Assembly: GCA_051294375.1 (NCBI GenBank)
Contig: JBJCIZ010000061.1
Location: forward strand, 1-17,723
Origin: Paraspadella gotoi
Lineage: Eukaryota > Animalia > Chaetognatha
Reading direction: 5' to 3'
Length of the DNA: 17,723 nucleotides
Of this stretch, positions 7,800 to 17,723 are shown piece after piece; position 1 is the stretch's first letter; each line of letters starts with the position of its first letter. Under the pieces are notes generated by a model. That model was not told where the DNA came from and made no database searches. It saw only the letters and a program-made list of their open reading frames with translations. Both the position numbers and the translations under genes were made by a program.

Positions 7800-10700
7800 A
7801 GGAGCCACTCAGTTCATCGGCCACAAACGACCTCATATTCATTCGTGACGCCGGGAACAAGACAAAATGGCTGGTAGATGGAGGCGCCCTCCTATCAATA
7901 GTTCCACCGACTCCTTATCAACGCAGCAAAGGGCCTGATCAAATCATGAAGCTCCAAGCGGCAAATGGATCGGCAATCGATTGCTATGGAACTGTAGAAA
8001 AAACTGTGAGATTGGGAAATAGACAATTCGAATATACATTTGTAGTAGCAGACGTGAAACAAAATATACTCGGAGCAGATTTCTTGGCCGAAAATTATTT
8101 GGCCCCCAATCACAGAGACGGCCTCCTCATCGACTTGCGAGACTACTCGACAATAGCGGCGTCGACCTCGAAGGAAACGGCCGCCCACGTCAATTTCGTG
8201 GATCGCAAGGGCGAGAAATTTTACAAGCTGTTGGACTCTTTCCCATCGTTATCAACTCCCACGTTTCAGCTGAAAGAACCTCGTCACGGAGTTACTCACT
8301 CAATCCCCACCGAAGGACGCCCGTGTCAGTCGCGTGCAAGACGCCTAGACGCGGAAAAACTCGCCGTGGCAAAGAAGGAATTAGAGAAAATGGTTTCTCT
8401 GGGTATTGCGAAACGTGGGAAGTCCGAATGGTCATCCCCTCTGCACGTGGTGGCGAAGCCAGATGGGGGTTGGAGATGTTGTGGCGACTACCGGCGTCTA
8501 AATGCTCAAACTATAGACGACCGGTACCCAGTCAAGCTATTAACGGATTTTAATAGCCAACTCGAAGGGAAAACAATCTTTTCCAAAATAGATTTACTGA
8601 AGGGATACCACCAAATCCCGGTAAATCCCGACGACATAAAGAAAACGGCAGTAATCACGCCGTTTGGGCTTTATGTATTTCCACGCTGCCCTTTCGGTCT
8701 CAAGAATGCTGGTCAGGACTTTCAGCGCCTGATGGACCAGATTCTTGGAGATATTCCACATACTTTCGTCTACTTAGACGATATATTGGTGGCATCGAGT
8801 TCCCCAGAAGAACACCTGAAAGATCTGAACGTGTCTTTAAGGCACTAGATGAAAATGGTTTGGTTGTCAATACCAAAAAGTGCCTCCTTGGGCAAGATTC
8901 ACTGGAGTTCCTAGGTTTTCTGGTTGATCGAAACGGCGTGCGACCACTTCCGGCGAGAGTTCAGACGCTGAGAGAAACAACGAGGCCGACATCCATCAAG
9001 GAGTTGCAGCGATTCCTTGGGATGATAAACTACTACCGTAGGTTCATCCCAAGGGTCGCACACCGATGCTCTCCTCTCTACGAGGCCCTCAGCGGCAAAC
9101 CGAAGTCCCTGGAATGGACAGAAGACTGTGAGCAAGCCTTCAATGCCATCAAAGAGGGTTTAATCTCCGCGGCGCTGCTTCACCACCCACGCACTGGAGC
9201 CCAACTTTGCATCACTACAGATGCATCGGATCACGCTGTAGGCGCAGTCTTGGAACAGAGAGGACCCAAAGGTTGGGAACCTTTGGCGTTTTTCNNNNNN
9301 NNNNTCGCCAAAAATCAAAAGTTGTGGCCCCCGTTCGATCGGGAGCTCTATGGAGCTTTCCGAGCAGTAAGGCACTTTCGCCACTGGGTAGAAGGCCGCG
9401 CGTTTACGATCTACACAGATCATCAAAGTCTAGTCTCCGCGATTCGAAAAAAATCTGAACCACAGACTTGTCGTCAGTCTTACCAATTATCGGTAATAGC
9501 CGAATTCACGACGGATATTCGCTATTTGAAGGGAAAGGCCAATGTAGTGGCCGATGCCTTGTCTCGGCCCAATAATCCACCAATCGCGGCATCGAAAGGC
9601 GCTATTTCGACTAAAAACACAAACGCGGCCATCGAAACCTGCCAAAAGGCAAATACCGCAGCAAAAGTTCCAGTCGCGAGCGAGAAGAGGAACGACGAGG
9701 ACGCAGCTACCACTTCCGGTCCAATAGCACCTACCTCATCCTCAGCCTCAGCCCCTGCGCAACTCGCGAATAAAAAAACTGAAACCGAAGCCAGCGAGGC
9801 CTGCCAAATAGCACCTACCGCGGGAAAAAATAGCAATTCAAGCGAAAAAGCGGAAAAAAGCGTCAAAGCGAATCGATTAGAGGACATTAACGCCGTCATA
9901 GCGTCCCTTACTTCCTTCGACATCGACTTTGAGCAGATGGCTCGAGAGCAAGCTCTAGATAGCGATTTCCAGAGGATAGCAGAAGACGCAAGATCGGGCT
10001 TAACTTTCAGAAAAATTCGCGTGGGAAATCAAGATCTACTCGCCGATATTTCTAACGGCCCGGCCCGCCCGTTCGTCCCAGCGGCTTGGAGGAAAAAAGT
10101 CTTCAACATCATCCACGGATTAGGACACCCAGGAGTTGAAGCTACGCGTAAAGCCATGGCATCAAAATTCGTGTGGAACAATATGCGTCAAGACGTGACC
10201 CGCTGGTCACGTGACTGCATCGACTGCCAAAAAGCAAAAGTTACCAGGCACACAGTTCCCGATATTGGGGAATTTAAAATTCCAGCCAAACGCTTTCAAC
10301 ACTTAAACCTCGACCTGGTAAAAATGCCTCGATCGAATGGCTTCTCTCATCTACTTACCATAGTCGATAGGTTTTCCCGCTGGCCGGCTGCGATTCCTTT
10401 GCAAGATACACTTACCCCAACGATCATCGACGCTTTGAGCCTACATTGGATCAGCACCTTTGGCACACCAGCAGTGATAACTACTGATCGAGGGAGCCAA
10501 TTTACCTCGACCTTGTGGCGTCAATTGACCAAGCAATGGGGCATCCGCCATCAGACAACTACAGCCTACCATCCACAGGCCAACGGCCTCGTGGAGAGGT
10601 TCCATAGAAGACTGAAAGAATCTCTGATAGCTTTAGCGAGAAACGAGAAAGAAAAATGGTTTTGGAAACTCCCCCTTACTCTACTAGCGATTCGCACAAC

Positions 10701-11643
10701 AGTGAAGGAGGACGTCGGCGCCTCAGCGGCCGACCTTGTCTTCGGCGAGGGACTCGGCGTACCTGGCGCCCTACTTGGCGACACTCAAACAAACGAAAAC
10801 GTCACCAATCAACAACGACGAAACCATTTATCAAATCTCAGAGTGGAGGTCGCTCGGCTACAAACAAAACCAACCTCCGCCCACCGTCAACCGGCTATTC
10901 ACATCCCCGACAATCTCGACGCCGCCAAATATGTCTTTATTAGGCGCGCAGGAGTCCAACCTCCTTTAGTCCCACCTTACGAAGGCCCANNNNNNNNNNT
11001 AAGCAAAAGTGGATTAAATATGACCGTCGAGATACCCAGTGTCGGCAGAGAAGTAATAAATATCGCTCGGGTGAAACCCGCCTGGATTAGCGACGAGGAC
11101 GTTGACGAGGAGATTGACGACCCAGAGGCACGCCCAGAGAGGCGGCCCGGCCGTCGTCCAGGAATTCGAACGAGACAACCAGCGCCATCAAATCGTCAAA
11201 CGCGCTCAATGAATCAGCGAGCGAGATCTCCTTCTCCAGCGCTTGCTCCTCCTCCTCCTCCTTCTCCTCCTCCTCCTCCTCCNNNNNNNNNNNNNNNNNN
11301 NCCCACTCCCAACCCTTCCCCCGAACCCCCAAATTCGCCTTTGCATTTTTTGCCATGTTTTTCCCCTTCTCCCAGGCCTCCACGCTCAGACGCATCATCA
11401 TCGAACGAGAGGAACAACAACAACAACAACGAGAAGCTTGAGAAGAAAAAATTTGAGCCAACGTGTCGATTCTCAAGACCAACGAGTGAAAACTTTTCTA
11501 ATAAGGCATATAACGTCAACACTCGTCCTACTTATGCTGTCGTCCTCAAAGAACTCATTCAGCGTCAAAAGGAGGAAAACAACAACAAAGGCGAAAACAA
11601 AAACAAAATTCCCTTGAAACCAACTGCCGGAGACGGTCTTTGA
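7754..11643 (+). CDS. pol: Pol polyprotein of element 2; one 1-nt deletion near 8827 splits ORFs 7781..8848 and 8860..11643
   Basis: WLVDGGA, YLDD, TDASD, NVVADALSR, HGLGH...CIDC, NLD/TDRG/VERFHR, PPYEGP. Adding one base near 8827 restores DLERVFKALD, as in element 3. Confidence 0.95.
11247..11282 (+). repeat. (CCT)n microsatellite encoding poly-Pro in the integrase tail
   Basis: CCT repeats running into an N gap; equivalent tract at 16661-16711 in element 3. Confidence 0.85.
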
Positions 11644-11930
11644 TCTCTTCCTCCATCAGCATCCTCGGCGGTGTCTCCGACAGTGATTATCCCCTTAATC
11701 CCTTATTATAGTAGTATTTTACAAATTTTGACAATTTTGAATATTTTCGATTTTACATGGAGTCAAGTCAAGTCAAATTNNNNNNNNNNATGAAAAACCC
11801 TTTTACAAATCATCGATTTTGAATATTAGTATATACTTGTATATATTAGGCATCATTCTTACAATCATTCCGACGACAACAATTTATTTTGTAAATTTTT
11901 ATTGAAATATTAGTTGTAATATTTAAACAC

Positions 11931-11937
11931 AGGGGGA
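11931..11937 (+). other. Polypurine tract of element 2
   Basis: AGGGGGA immediately before the TGT of the 3' LTR. Confidence 0.85.
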
Positions 11938-11953
11938 TGTAGGCGATTCCGAC
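11938..11953 (+). repeat. Start of element 2 3' LTR
   Basis: 16/16 identical to 5936-5951, then N gap. Confidence 0.9.
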
Positions 11954-11981
11954 NNNNNNNNNNCCGGAGACGCGCCACACT

Positions 11982-11994
11982 TGATGATCCCGAC
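11982..11994 (+). other. Primer binding site of element 3 (tRNA-Trp-like)
   Basis: TGATGATCCCGAC two nt after GCCACA; 11/13 to TGGTGACCCCGAC. Confidence 0.65.
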
Positions 11995-12146
11995 ATCGAA
12001 CCCAGCCAACCTTCAAGAAGGGGTCCCACTCAACGAATACTTCTCTGAGGTAAGATTGGGCGAAGCATTGAGATAAATTAAATCGCCCAATTCGCTGACA
12101 CCCTTTTCATTTCCTTCACGACGAATCTGACGACGTCGACGTCTCC

Positions 12147-13219
12147 ATGAGCGATCCCGATCTCCGCTCCCGCCTCCGCTCGGCCCAGCGCAACTCGGAG
12201 GATCAACGAGAACCTCCAACAAGCCTACAAGTCCCTGGAGGATTCGGAAGAGGTCAGAGATCGAGATCAGCGTCTCCAACGTTCGTCGACGCCGCCCCCG
12301 CTTTCCAATTCCAGCGGGCATACGAGGAAAATTTCGCCGACGCCGACATGGCGACCAACGACGCCGCCTCTAGGGGATTACGCGACGAGAATGAAGAGCT
12401 TCGAGCGGCGCTCGCCGCTGCCACGCGCGCATTGGAACGAGCGTCCAATAGAAAACCGGAACTGCCAGATTTCGATACTGCAAATATCGAGATATGGATA
12501 AAGCGTGTCGAATCGGCTTACACTCGCGCCGGAATTAGCGCCGCCAAATCAAAATTCGCCCATCTCGAAGCGAAAATCGCCGTCAAGGTAGACCCTAAGA
12601 TAAATCAATATCTATATGGCGAAACAACGGAGGCCACGTGGCAAGAATTTCTGGCGTACCTAAGAAAGGAGTATGGACTCACCAGGCGCCAACAGGCCGC
12701 CACAATACTCGACGCCATCGACGCCGACGGCCTCAAGCCTTCAAAACTTCTCGCTCAGCTAGAAGAAAAAACTAAATCGTTGACTCTCGATGATATTAGA
12801 AAGGAAAAGATTCTCCGGGAACTTCCGATCGAGGTGCGCCGCCAATTGGAGGAGAAAGCCGACGATTTGTCGGCAAGCGACCTCTGCCAGATGGCGGACC
12901 GGCACTTCGACAATGAGGGAAACCTGAAGATCAAGACCTCGTCAACGATCAACAACGTCGAACAATTCCGCGGCGAACAAGGCGACTCAGAGTCAGAGGA
13001 CGACGGCGTCAACGCCGTCAACATCTCCAAAAGAAGCTTCAACGGGAAGAAGAGAACCAACCCGGCTCCAAAGGGAAAACCAAAGTCGAAGCTGTTGACT
13101 CTGTGCCAGAAGCATGTCAAGTTCGGCGACGCCGCTTGGTCATGCGAACCTGGATGCTCCAAGTCGACGACATGCCCAAGAAACGTGAGGGAAACGCGAA
13201 AGGGGGACGACGTCGGTGA
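12147..13219 (+). CDS. gag: Gag of element 3; true stop inferred at 13217-13219 (a 1-nt deletion near 13164 falsely extends the ORF to 13487)
   Basis: CQKHVKFGDAAWSCEPGC knuckle. Restoring one base gives KFDDMPKKREGNAKGGRRR*, matching element 2 RFDEVQAKKKEGNSKGGRRK*. Confidence 0.9.
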
Positions 13220-13231
13220 ACGCCGTCCCCC
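13189..13231 (+). promoter_or_regulatory. Putative -1 ribosomal frameshift signal of element 3
   Basis: GGGAAAC (13189-13195), 6-nt spacer, perfect stem GGGGGACG (13202-13209)/CGTCCCCC (13224-13231). Confidence 0.8.
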
Positions 13232-16200
13232 ACGCGTCCAGCAGTTCACCGACGCTCAACAACCTCTCTTCATTCGCGACGCCAAGGCAAGACCAAGTGG
13301 CTCGTCGACGGAGGAGCGTTGCTATCTATCGTTCCGCCGTCTCGGGAACAGCGTCAACGGGGTCCTGACCCATCAATCAAACTGCAGGCGGCAAACGGCT
13401 CGTCAATCAGCTGTTATGGAACGACCAATCGAACCGTTCAACTGGGAAATCGTCAATTCTTCTACAAGTTTGTCGTCGCGGATGTAAAACAATCGATACT
13501 TGGTGCCGATTTTCTAGCTGAAAATTTCCTGGCGCCAAACCACCGCGACGGGCTGCTATTAGATCTACGCGACTACTCGACAATCGCGGCGTCAACAGCA
13601 ACAGAAGAAACGTCCCACGTAAATTTTGTAGATCGACAGGGCGAAAAATTCTACAAACTCTTGGAATCGTTCCCAAATCTCTCTACGCCAACATTCGAGG
13701 TCAAAGAACCTAAACATGGCGTCACTCACGCAATACCAACAGAGGGAAGGCCCTGTCAATCTAGAGCGAGGCGCCTCGATCCTGAAAAACTCGCCGTCGC
13801 CAAACGAGAACTAGAGAAGATGGTCTCGTTGGGCATAGCGAAGAGGGGCAAGTCGGAATGGTCCNNNNNNNNNNACGTCGTCTCCAAGCCAGACGGCGGA
13901 TGGAGATGCTGTGGGGACTACCGACGGCTGAACGCTCAAACTGTGGATGACAAATATCCTGTGAAACTGCTTACTGACTTTAATTCGCAACTCGAGGGCA
14001 AAACAATCTTTTCGAAGATTGATTTGTTAAAGGGATATCATCAGATCCCGGTAAGCCCAGAAGATGTAAAAAAGACAGCAGTTATCACACCATTTGGCCT
14101 CTACGTCTTCCCTCGTTGTCCATTTGGACTTAAGAACGCAGGGCAAGATTTTCAGAGGCTAATGGATGAGATCCTAGGCGAAATCCCACATACCTTCGTC
14201 TACTTGGACGACATACTCGTAGCGTCATCGTCCGAGGAGGAGCACTATCACGACCTGGAACGAGTCTTCAAGGCTCTCGATGCCAACGGACTGGTAGTAA
14301 ACACAAAAAAATGTTTACTCGGTCAAAAATCACTCGAGTTCCTAGGTTTTTTAGTAGACGAAAACGGCGTCAGACCGCTGCCCGAACGAGTCAAGACATT
14401 ACAGGAGACGACGCGGCCAACGACGATCAAGGAGCTTCAACGCTTCTTAGGGATGATTAATTATTATCGAAGANNNNNNNNNNAGGTCGCTCACCGCTGC
14501 GCCGCCCTGTATGAAGCACTAAGTGGGAAACCGAAACATCTCAACTGGACTAGCGAGTGTCAAGAGGCCTTTGAAGCGATCAAAGAAGGCTTAGTCCAAG
14601 CAGCGCTACTCCATCACCCCAGAACGGGCGCTAAACTCTGCATTACTACTGATGCATCCGACCAGGCAGTTGGAGCTGTCCTGGAACAACGGGGACCACG
14701 ANNNNNNNNNNCGTTGGCGTTTTTTTCAACAAAACTGGCAAAAAACCAAAAGCTCTGGCCACCGTTCGATAAGGAACTACTTGGAGCTTTTCGAGCGGTC
14801 CGTCACTTCAGACATTGGGTAGAGGGTAGAGCCTTTACACTCTATACCGACCACCAAAGCTTGGTAACCGCGATACGAAAAAAAGCTGAGCCACAAACCG
14901 TGAGACAATCCTACCAGCTTTCGGTTATAGCCGAGTTCACAACGGACGTCAGATACCTGAAAGGTAAAGCCAACGTAGTGGCTGACGCCCTATCGAGACC
15001 CAACGCCACGCCAAAAACGCCAACAACGTCGTCAGCAAACTCGTTACCCGCCTCGTCGTCATCGTCGTCCTCATCGTCGTCGTCAACGTCGACGTCACTC
15101 ANNNNNNNNNNTCAATCATCGTCAACAACGTCAACGTCGACGCCACTCAATTCAGAGTCTCCATCGTCCTCCTCAGCGTCGTCGCCGTCACCGCCGCTGA
15201 TCGCAACGGCGTCAAATTCGACAAAAACAACAACGCCGACGAACGAGGAGAAAAGCGAGACAACAACAACAACGACAACGACAAAGACGATAAAAAACAA
15301 TCGCCTAGAGGACGCACAGGCTGTAATCGCCTCTCTCACAAACTTCGAAATTAACTTCGAACGCATGGCTCAAGAGCAGACACTGGATCCTGACTATCAA
15401 AAGATAGCAGACGACGCAAGGTCAGGCCTGACTTTCAGAAAGATTCGAGTCGGCAACGAGGATCTATTAGCCGACATCTCCAACGGACCAGCCCGACCTT
15501 TCGTCCCGGCGTCATGGAGAAGAAAGATTTTCGATGTAATTCATGGCTTGGGACATCCCGGCGTCGAAGCGACCAGGAAAGCAATAGCAGCCAAGTTTGT
15601 GTGGACCAACATGCGCCAAGAAGTCACTAAATGGGCAAGAGAGTGCGTAAGTTGTCAAAGAGCAAAGGTAACGCGTCATGTAATTCCAGAAATCGGTGAG
15701 TTTAAAGTCCCACAGCGAAGATTTCAACATATTAACCTTGACATAGTCAAAATGCCTAAATCGAATGATTATTCTCATCTTTTGACAATAGTAGATCGAT
15801 TTTCGAGATGGCCGACGGCTATACCAATCAAAGATACGCTAACGTCAACTATACTCGACGCGTTGAGCCACGAATGGATCTGCATATTTGGAGTCCCGTC
15901 AACCATCACCACAGATCGAGGCACTCAATTCAGCTCCGGACTTTGGCGCCAACTCGTCAAACATTGGGGAATCAAGCATCAAACGACGACGGCTTACCAC
16001 CCCCAGTCGAACGGACTAGTTGAGCGTTTTCACAGGCGATTAAAGGAGTCATTAATCGCCTTAGCAAACGAGAATCGACAGCAATGGTATTGGAAACTCC
16101 CAATGACTTTATTAGCTATCCGCACAACCGTGAAAGAAGACATCGGCGCCTCTGCGGCCGACATGGTCTTCGGAGAAGGAATCAGCATCCCTGGAACTAT

Positions 16201-16711
16201 CCTCGACGATCCACAACTCGACAACGTAGCACTACAGCGCCAACGTCAACGCCAATTGGCGAAACTTCGAGTCGAGGTAGCTCGATTGCAACCCACTCAA
16301 ACTTCAGCCCACTGTCAACCAAACGTACACCTACCGAGCAACTTGGAAACGGCCCAGTACGTCTTCGTGAAGAGAGCAGGAGTAAATCCCCCGCTGGTCC
16401 CGCCATATGAAGGCCCATACAAGGTAATAAGTCGAAACGGCCTCAACATGACGGTGGAAATCCCTAGCAGCGGGCGCGAAACAATAAACATCGCAAGAGC
16501 AAAACCAGCGTGGATTAGCGACGAGGCGCTGGAGGTGGACCAGGACCACCCTCAGCGGCGCCCAGCAGGTCGCCAACCAGGACTCAGAACGAGGCAGGCA
16601 CCTCCCACAACAAGAACAACACGATCAGAGAACCAACGCGCCGCCTCGCCTGAATCGAATCCTCCTCCTCCTCTTTCTCCTCCTCCTCCTCCTCCTCCAT
16701 CTTCCCCCCCC
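13189..16711 (+). CDS. pol: Pol polyprotein of element 3 up to the N gap (small indels within ~13220-13290)
   Basis: ORF 13319..16798 has YLDD, RNase H, HHCC, DDE and PPYEGPYKVI; KTKWLVDGGA is in frame just upstream of 13319. Residues after the gap are not homologous to element 2. Confidence 0.94.
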
Positions 16712-16738
16712 NNNNNNNNNNNNNNNNNNNNNNNNNCG

Positions 16739-17705
16739 CATCGAAAAATCCAAAATTCCAAAAATATCAAAAACAAATTAAAATCCAACCATTTCTAAAA
16801 TTCAAAAAATTGGCGCAAAAAATAAGTATTTAAAAATCGATAAAACAAGGGGTAAATGTACACGGCAGTCGGAGCTTTTCGGGAGGAAGACCGAGATGCT
16901 GTGGAAGAAGGCGCTCCGGCTGTCGATTAGGCTAAAACTGGGGATTTTGTCAATTTTTGTTTGTTGTCATTTTGTTCTTTTTTGTCGTTTTAGCATTTCT
17001 TTTAGAACAATGAATAAGTGGGCCTGTTGTTGTTGTTGTTGTTGTTAATATTTGTATTCGGGTCGATTCGTAAAAGTTTTCTGGTGTCAGGCCTTGAAAT
17101 CGTTCCAACGTTGGCTCAGTCTCGGCTTTTTGTGATTGTTGTTGTGTTGTTATTCTCTCGATCTTCGATTAGCGGACATCGTCTGCGTGGAGGCGCGGAG
17201 AAGAGAAGACGGGAGCAAAAAAGCGTTAGCGGGTAGTGGGTGGGTCGGGGGAAACTGGGGGTGCGGGGGTGAAAGGGGGGAGAGAAGATCGAGAGAATAA
17301 CAACAACAACAACAATCAACAAAAAGCGAGAACTGAGCCAACGATGGAACGATTTTCAAGGCCGACACCAGAAAACTTTTCGAATCGAACCCGAATACAA
17401 ATACCTAACAACAACAACAACAACAACAGGCCCACTTATTCAATTGTTCTAAAAGAAATGCTAAAACGACAAAAAGAACAAAATGACAACAAACAAAAAT
17501 TGACAAAATCCCCAGTTTTAGCCTAATCGACAGCCGGAGCGCCTTCTTCCACAGCATCCTCGGTCTTCCTCCCGAAAAGCTCCGACTGCCGATGTACATT
17601 TACCCTTGTTATCGATTTTTAATACTATTTTTGGCAATTTTTGAATTTTAGAAATGTTGGATTTTAATTGTTTTTGATATTTTGAATTTTGGAAATTTTT
17701 CGATG
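16739..17705. repeat. Long inverted duplication (arms 16739-17166 and 17284-17705)
   Basis: The left arm is the reverse complement of the right arm, differing mainly in homopolymer lengths. Confidence 0.92.
17284..17526 (+). CDS. pol: Displaced C-terminal end of element 3 integrase
   Basis: ERFSRPTPENFSN...RPTYSIVLKEMLKRQKEQ aligns with element 2 CRFSRPTSENFSN...RPTYAVVLKELIQRQKEE. Confidence 0.82.
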   Translation, partial: EDRENNNNNNNQQKARTEPTMERFSRPTPENFSNRTRIQIPNNNNNNNRPTYSIVLKEMLKRQKEQNDNKQKLTKSPVLA

Positions 17706-17723
17706 GTCAAATATCGAGTCAGT

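Larger units (their letters stand above)
5936..11953 (+). mobile_element. Ty3/Gypsy LTR retrotransposon, element 2 (CsRN1-like); 3' LTR mostly hidden by an N gap
   Basis: 5' LTR, PBS, gag, pol, PPT and 16 nt of 3' LTR identical to the 5' LTR start (TGTAGGCGATTCCGAC). Confidence 0.95.
11964..17723 (+). mobile_element. Ty3/Gypsy LTR retrotransposon, element 3 (closest to element 2); only the last 16 nt of the 5' LTR visible, 3' end rearranged and truncated
   Basis: ...GCCACA LTR end (11979), PBS, gag, pol and AT-rich 3' UTR; proteins colinear with element 2. Confidence 0.92.

Noticed and set aside
9522-11522. Antisense and alternative-frame ORFs over pol (e.g. 9522..9923, 11087..11482, 11214..11522)
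   Set aside because: Shadows of coding or triplet-repeat sequence with no recognisable motifs.
11623-11690. HDV-like ribozyme suggested by the TCCTCG loop
   Set aside because: I could not build P3, P1.1 and P2 consistently in both elements; kept only as a conserved stem.
11644-11930. env-like third ORF or chromodomain
   Set aside because: 3' regions are short, AT-rich and without ORFs; no chromodomain pattern in the integrase tails.
13220-13487. Apparent C-terminal extension of element 3 Gag (446 aa)
   Set aside because: Caused by 1-nt indels; it partly reads protease sequence (LFIRDAK).

Overview
Eukaryotic DNA, probably metazoan, from an error-prone draft assembly with many short N gaps and 1-nt indels. 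The window is almost entirely three related but distinct Ty3/Gypsy LTR retrotransposons with CsRN1-clade features: a C-X2-H-X9-C-X3-C Gag knuckle, a tRNA-Trp-like PBS and PR-RT-RH-IN order. Element 1 (1-5788, minus) and element 2 (5936-11953, plus) lie head-to-head, separated only by a 147-bp telomeric (TTAGGG)n tract. Element 3 (11964 to window end, plus) follows element 2 across an N gap. Both visible LTR/telomere junctions are base-precise and both abut GGGT, as expected for phase-specific integration into telomeric repeats with a 4-bp target duplication. Both complete LTRs carry antisense tRNA-like A-box/B-box units. All three integrases end in a long disordered tail with conserved terminal motifs, and all three elements keep a -1 frameshift signal and an atypical DGG protease motif. 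Best hypothesis (inference): a telomere-repeat-targeting LTR retrotransposon lineage. The last ~1 kb is an inverted duplication that is probably an assembly artefact.
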